Below are positions 61,761 through 64,000 of a stretch of DNA of 64,000 nucleotides, piece by piece; within the stretch, counting starts at the first letter, position 1, and each line of letters opens with the position of its first letter. The notes under the pieces were generated by a model. It made no database searches. It had not been told where the DNA came from and was given only the letters and a program-made list of their open reading frames with translations. The stretch comes from Eutreptiella sp. 'Long Island Sound 2002' (Eukaryota; Protista; Euglenida), in NCBI GenBank assembly GCA_964036045.1, contig OZ038379.1, positions 7,502,001 to 7,566,000 of the forward strand, written 5' to 3'. A program made the translations under genes and the position numbers.

Positions 61761-64000
61761 TAGGTGCTGTAATTGGCAAACCAAGAGAATGGGGGGCTAT
61801 TCGTTGCCAGGTTGGCCCCATGGTTTGATGGTATTTACACATCCTCTCGCCAAATGATCGCCCATGCATATTCCAAGCTCTCCCAGAATCTGGTACAAGG
61901 GCTGCCTACAATGGCCAGCCTTTGCTGGCCCGCAAACTGGTGCGCCACAGATGGGGGCCGAACATAGGGGGCCGCTCTGAGACACGCAGAGAGAAACCTA
62001 GCCCCCAGTCTTTGCTGGGAGGGTCTACGAAGAGGAAAGCTGTTCGCTTGGACATTGATCTCCAGTGGCCCATTGGCGGGCGAACCCCCTCCAGAGGGCG
62101 TGTTCAATCCAGGGTAAAGGTTGGGGGATGAACCAACCAAAAAATCACTTCTAGGGGCACATCTGGCCCACTGAGTAAGGAGTGAACCTCTTGGACTAGG
62201 GGGGAGGGGGTCTGTGGCGCTTTCCACATACACAGGGATGCTTGTTTCGCAACCTTGCGAGGTTTCCAACAAGGAAGAGATTTCGAGGTGAAAAATTGGA
62301 GTTATTGCCAAAGATGGTGCTTGCCTTCGTGCGCTTTCATGCTACGGTGGAGCCCAGACCGTGGCGCATTCTCGGGATTCCCCCCAGACAGGGGGGCATT
62401 CTCGCGGGCGCATTCTCGCGGTTCGGTCTGGGGGGAGTCGCGAGAATGTGCCCGGTCTCACTTGGAGAGCTAGCTGAACACACCTGTGTAAGCGACCGCA
62501 TGCCAACTTGGGGCGCTCATCTCTGCAGACATCAACACATGGCGCGGGCCGCTGCGAGAGCGTGCAATATGAGCGATCCATCCTCCCGCTGCCAAGAAGG
62601 GGAGCAAGAGCAAAGAATGGAGTTGCCATGGTTGCCCTCGCGGTTTGTCCACGTCTGCGGCAAGCATCTCCTGCGGCCTGTAAAAAAGGTGTTGCGCCAT
62701 CCGGAACCCAGAACAGCAACCACGCGCGGGGCCAAAATATGCATCAAACTTATCCGGTGAATGTCCGAAGATTATCAACATGATGCGGTCACGCCTTGGG
62801 CACGGCGCGGGGTACGTTTCGTTGTTGTGCAGTGGGGCATCGGTGGGCGTGGATCAACTATGCTTCTGCCACGGATCAATTGGTGCCACTGGATCACTTG
62901 TGCTTCCCTTTTCCGTAAGGATTCGGCATTCATGGATGCAGTGGGAACGTCCAAGAGATACAAATCAACGAGGCCTGCGGGCATTGGGTACCAAAAGGTG
63001 AGCGGAAGGTGCCCCAAAAGAGCAAAACCCGTCAAGAAGCAACACACACGCATGACTCAAGGCACACCCGGTGTTGGCGTCGGATGCCGTGCTCCACAAG
63101 CTCGGAGGTTGCACTGTTGGGGCGCGAAGCCTTTCTAGAGACTTTTGAGGCCGCTCCTACGAACATCGGCAGCAAACGAGGTGATAACAAAAGGAACAAA
63201 AAAAGGGTCCCGGCACGACGGAAGTGCTCCCGGCACAAGACAGAGTTGTGCGGACATGCATTTCGTCTAGTTCGACTGAAAGTCAGTCCGTACGTTGATC
63301 TTGCACCGTGCAATACATAGCTCGGCTACCACCGCCACGGTTGCATAGTGCTGCCCATGGGTGAGCAACAGATACAGTTGTGGTGCATTTTTATTAGGGT
63401 CCTGATATGGGTGCAACCTGTTGCTGCAAAAGGTGGCTTATGTGCTGTAATTTGTGCCTGCACTGTCCGTGCAAGGAATGTCGAGTACATGACGAGATGT
63501 CTGCTCTTTTTCATATTGATCTTTGGAGTCGGGGTCAACCTTCTCGTTACAACCAATGCCTCCCTTTCCTCAATGAACTCACGCGGACTTGTCCAAGCTG
63601 GGGCTCAAGCCGCTCATGATTGAATGAATGCATCTCCCCTTCGCGAATACAAGTGAGGCACAACTACGGCAAGGAACAAAGCCAAAAAAGTTGCTAAAGT
63701 GGCACGTGCGCGAGTTCACATCTTTGCAACGGTTTCGCTGAGAAATGCACATATCTTCGGCATTGCACACAATTGCACACATCTTACCCACCAAATAACG
63801 CACACCTCTAAGTGCGGCATTCGCCCCCTTGAGTGGAAAGTGGACGCAACCGGCCTTGCGGCGGGAGGGCTACTTGCATGTGCACGAGTGGACGGGTTGG
63901 CTTTCTGTAATGCGGTGGCACCCAAAAAGGCACAAACCGCAAACGTTGCGGCCACACATAACGGTGTGAATCGTTGCAGCGTGCCCTTCTCATGACGGTG

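Overview
A repeat-dense, GC-rich eukaryotic genomic window. The repeat families and gene style resemble a euglenid protist; this is an inference and no organism assignment can be confirmed from the sequence. I reconstructed four spliced genes by hand, all on the minus strand and all with phase-consistent GT-AG introns: (1) YIF1 (2 exons, 5878-8215, 343 aa); (2) an orphan gene with at least 4 exons (24627-33007, 5' end unresolved); (3) a chloramphenicol-phosphotransferase/AAA_33-like P-loop kinase (2 exons, 39995-43191); (4) a lipocalin-fold protein with a hydrophobic N-terminal region (at least 4 exons, 49349-55672). Most of the remainder is mobile or repetitive DNA: decayed non-LTR and Penelope-like retroelement fragments (RT, RNase H), kinase pseudogene fragments, micro- and minisatellites and many G/C homopolymer runs. 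The most interesting signals are non-autonomous elements. One is a four-copy Helentron/DINE-like family with asymmetric 18-bp subterminal inverted repeats and a terminal hairpin, carrying tRNA-derived A-box/B-box modules, twice as convergent pairs. Another is a set of hAT-like MITEs: one with a perfect 19-bp TIR and 8-bp TSD that carries a nested Helentron-like end, two whose right junction is exactly 8 G, and one flanked by a ~534-bp duplication of a gene's 3' end. A third is a modular repeat family carrying a Cys-conserved zinc-finger ORF. No CRISPR array, rRNA or intact tRNA gene was found. Most ORFs in the supplied track are spurious.
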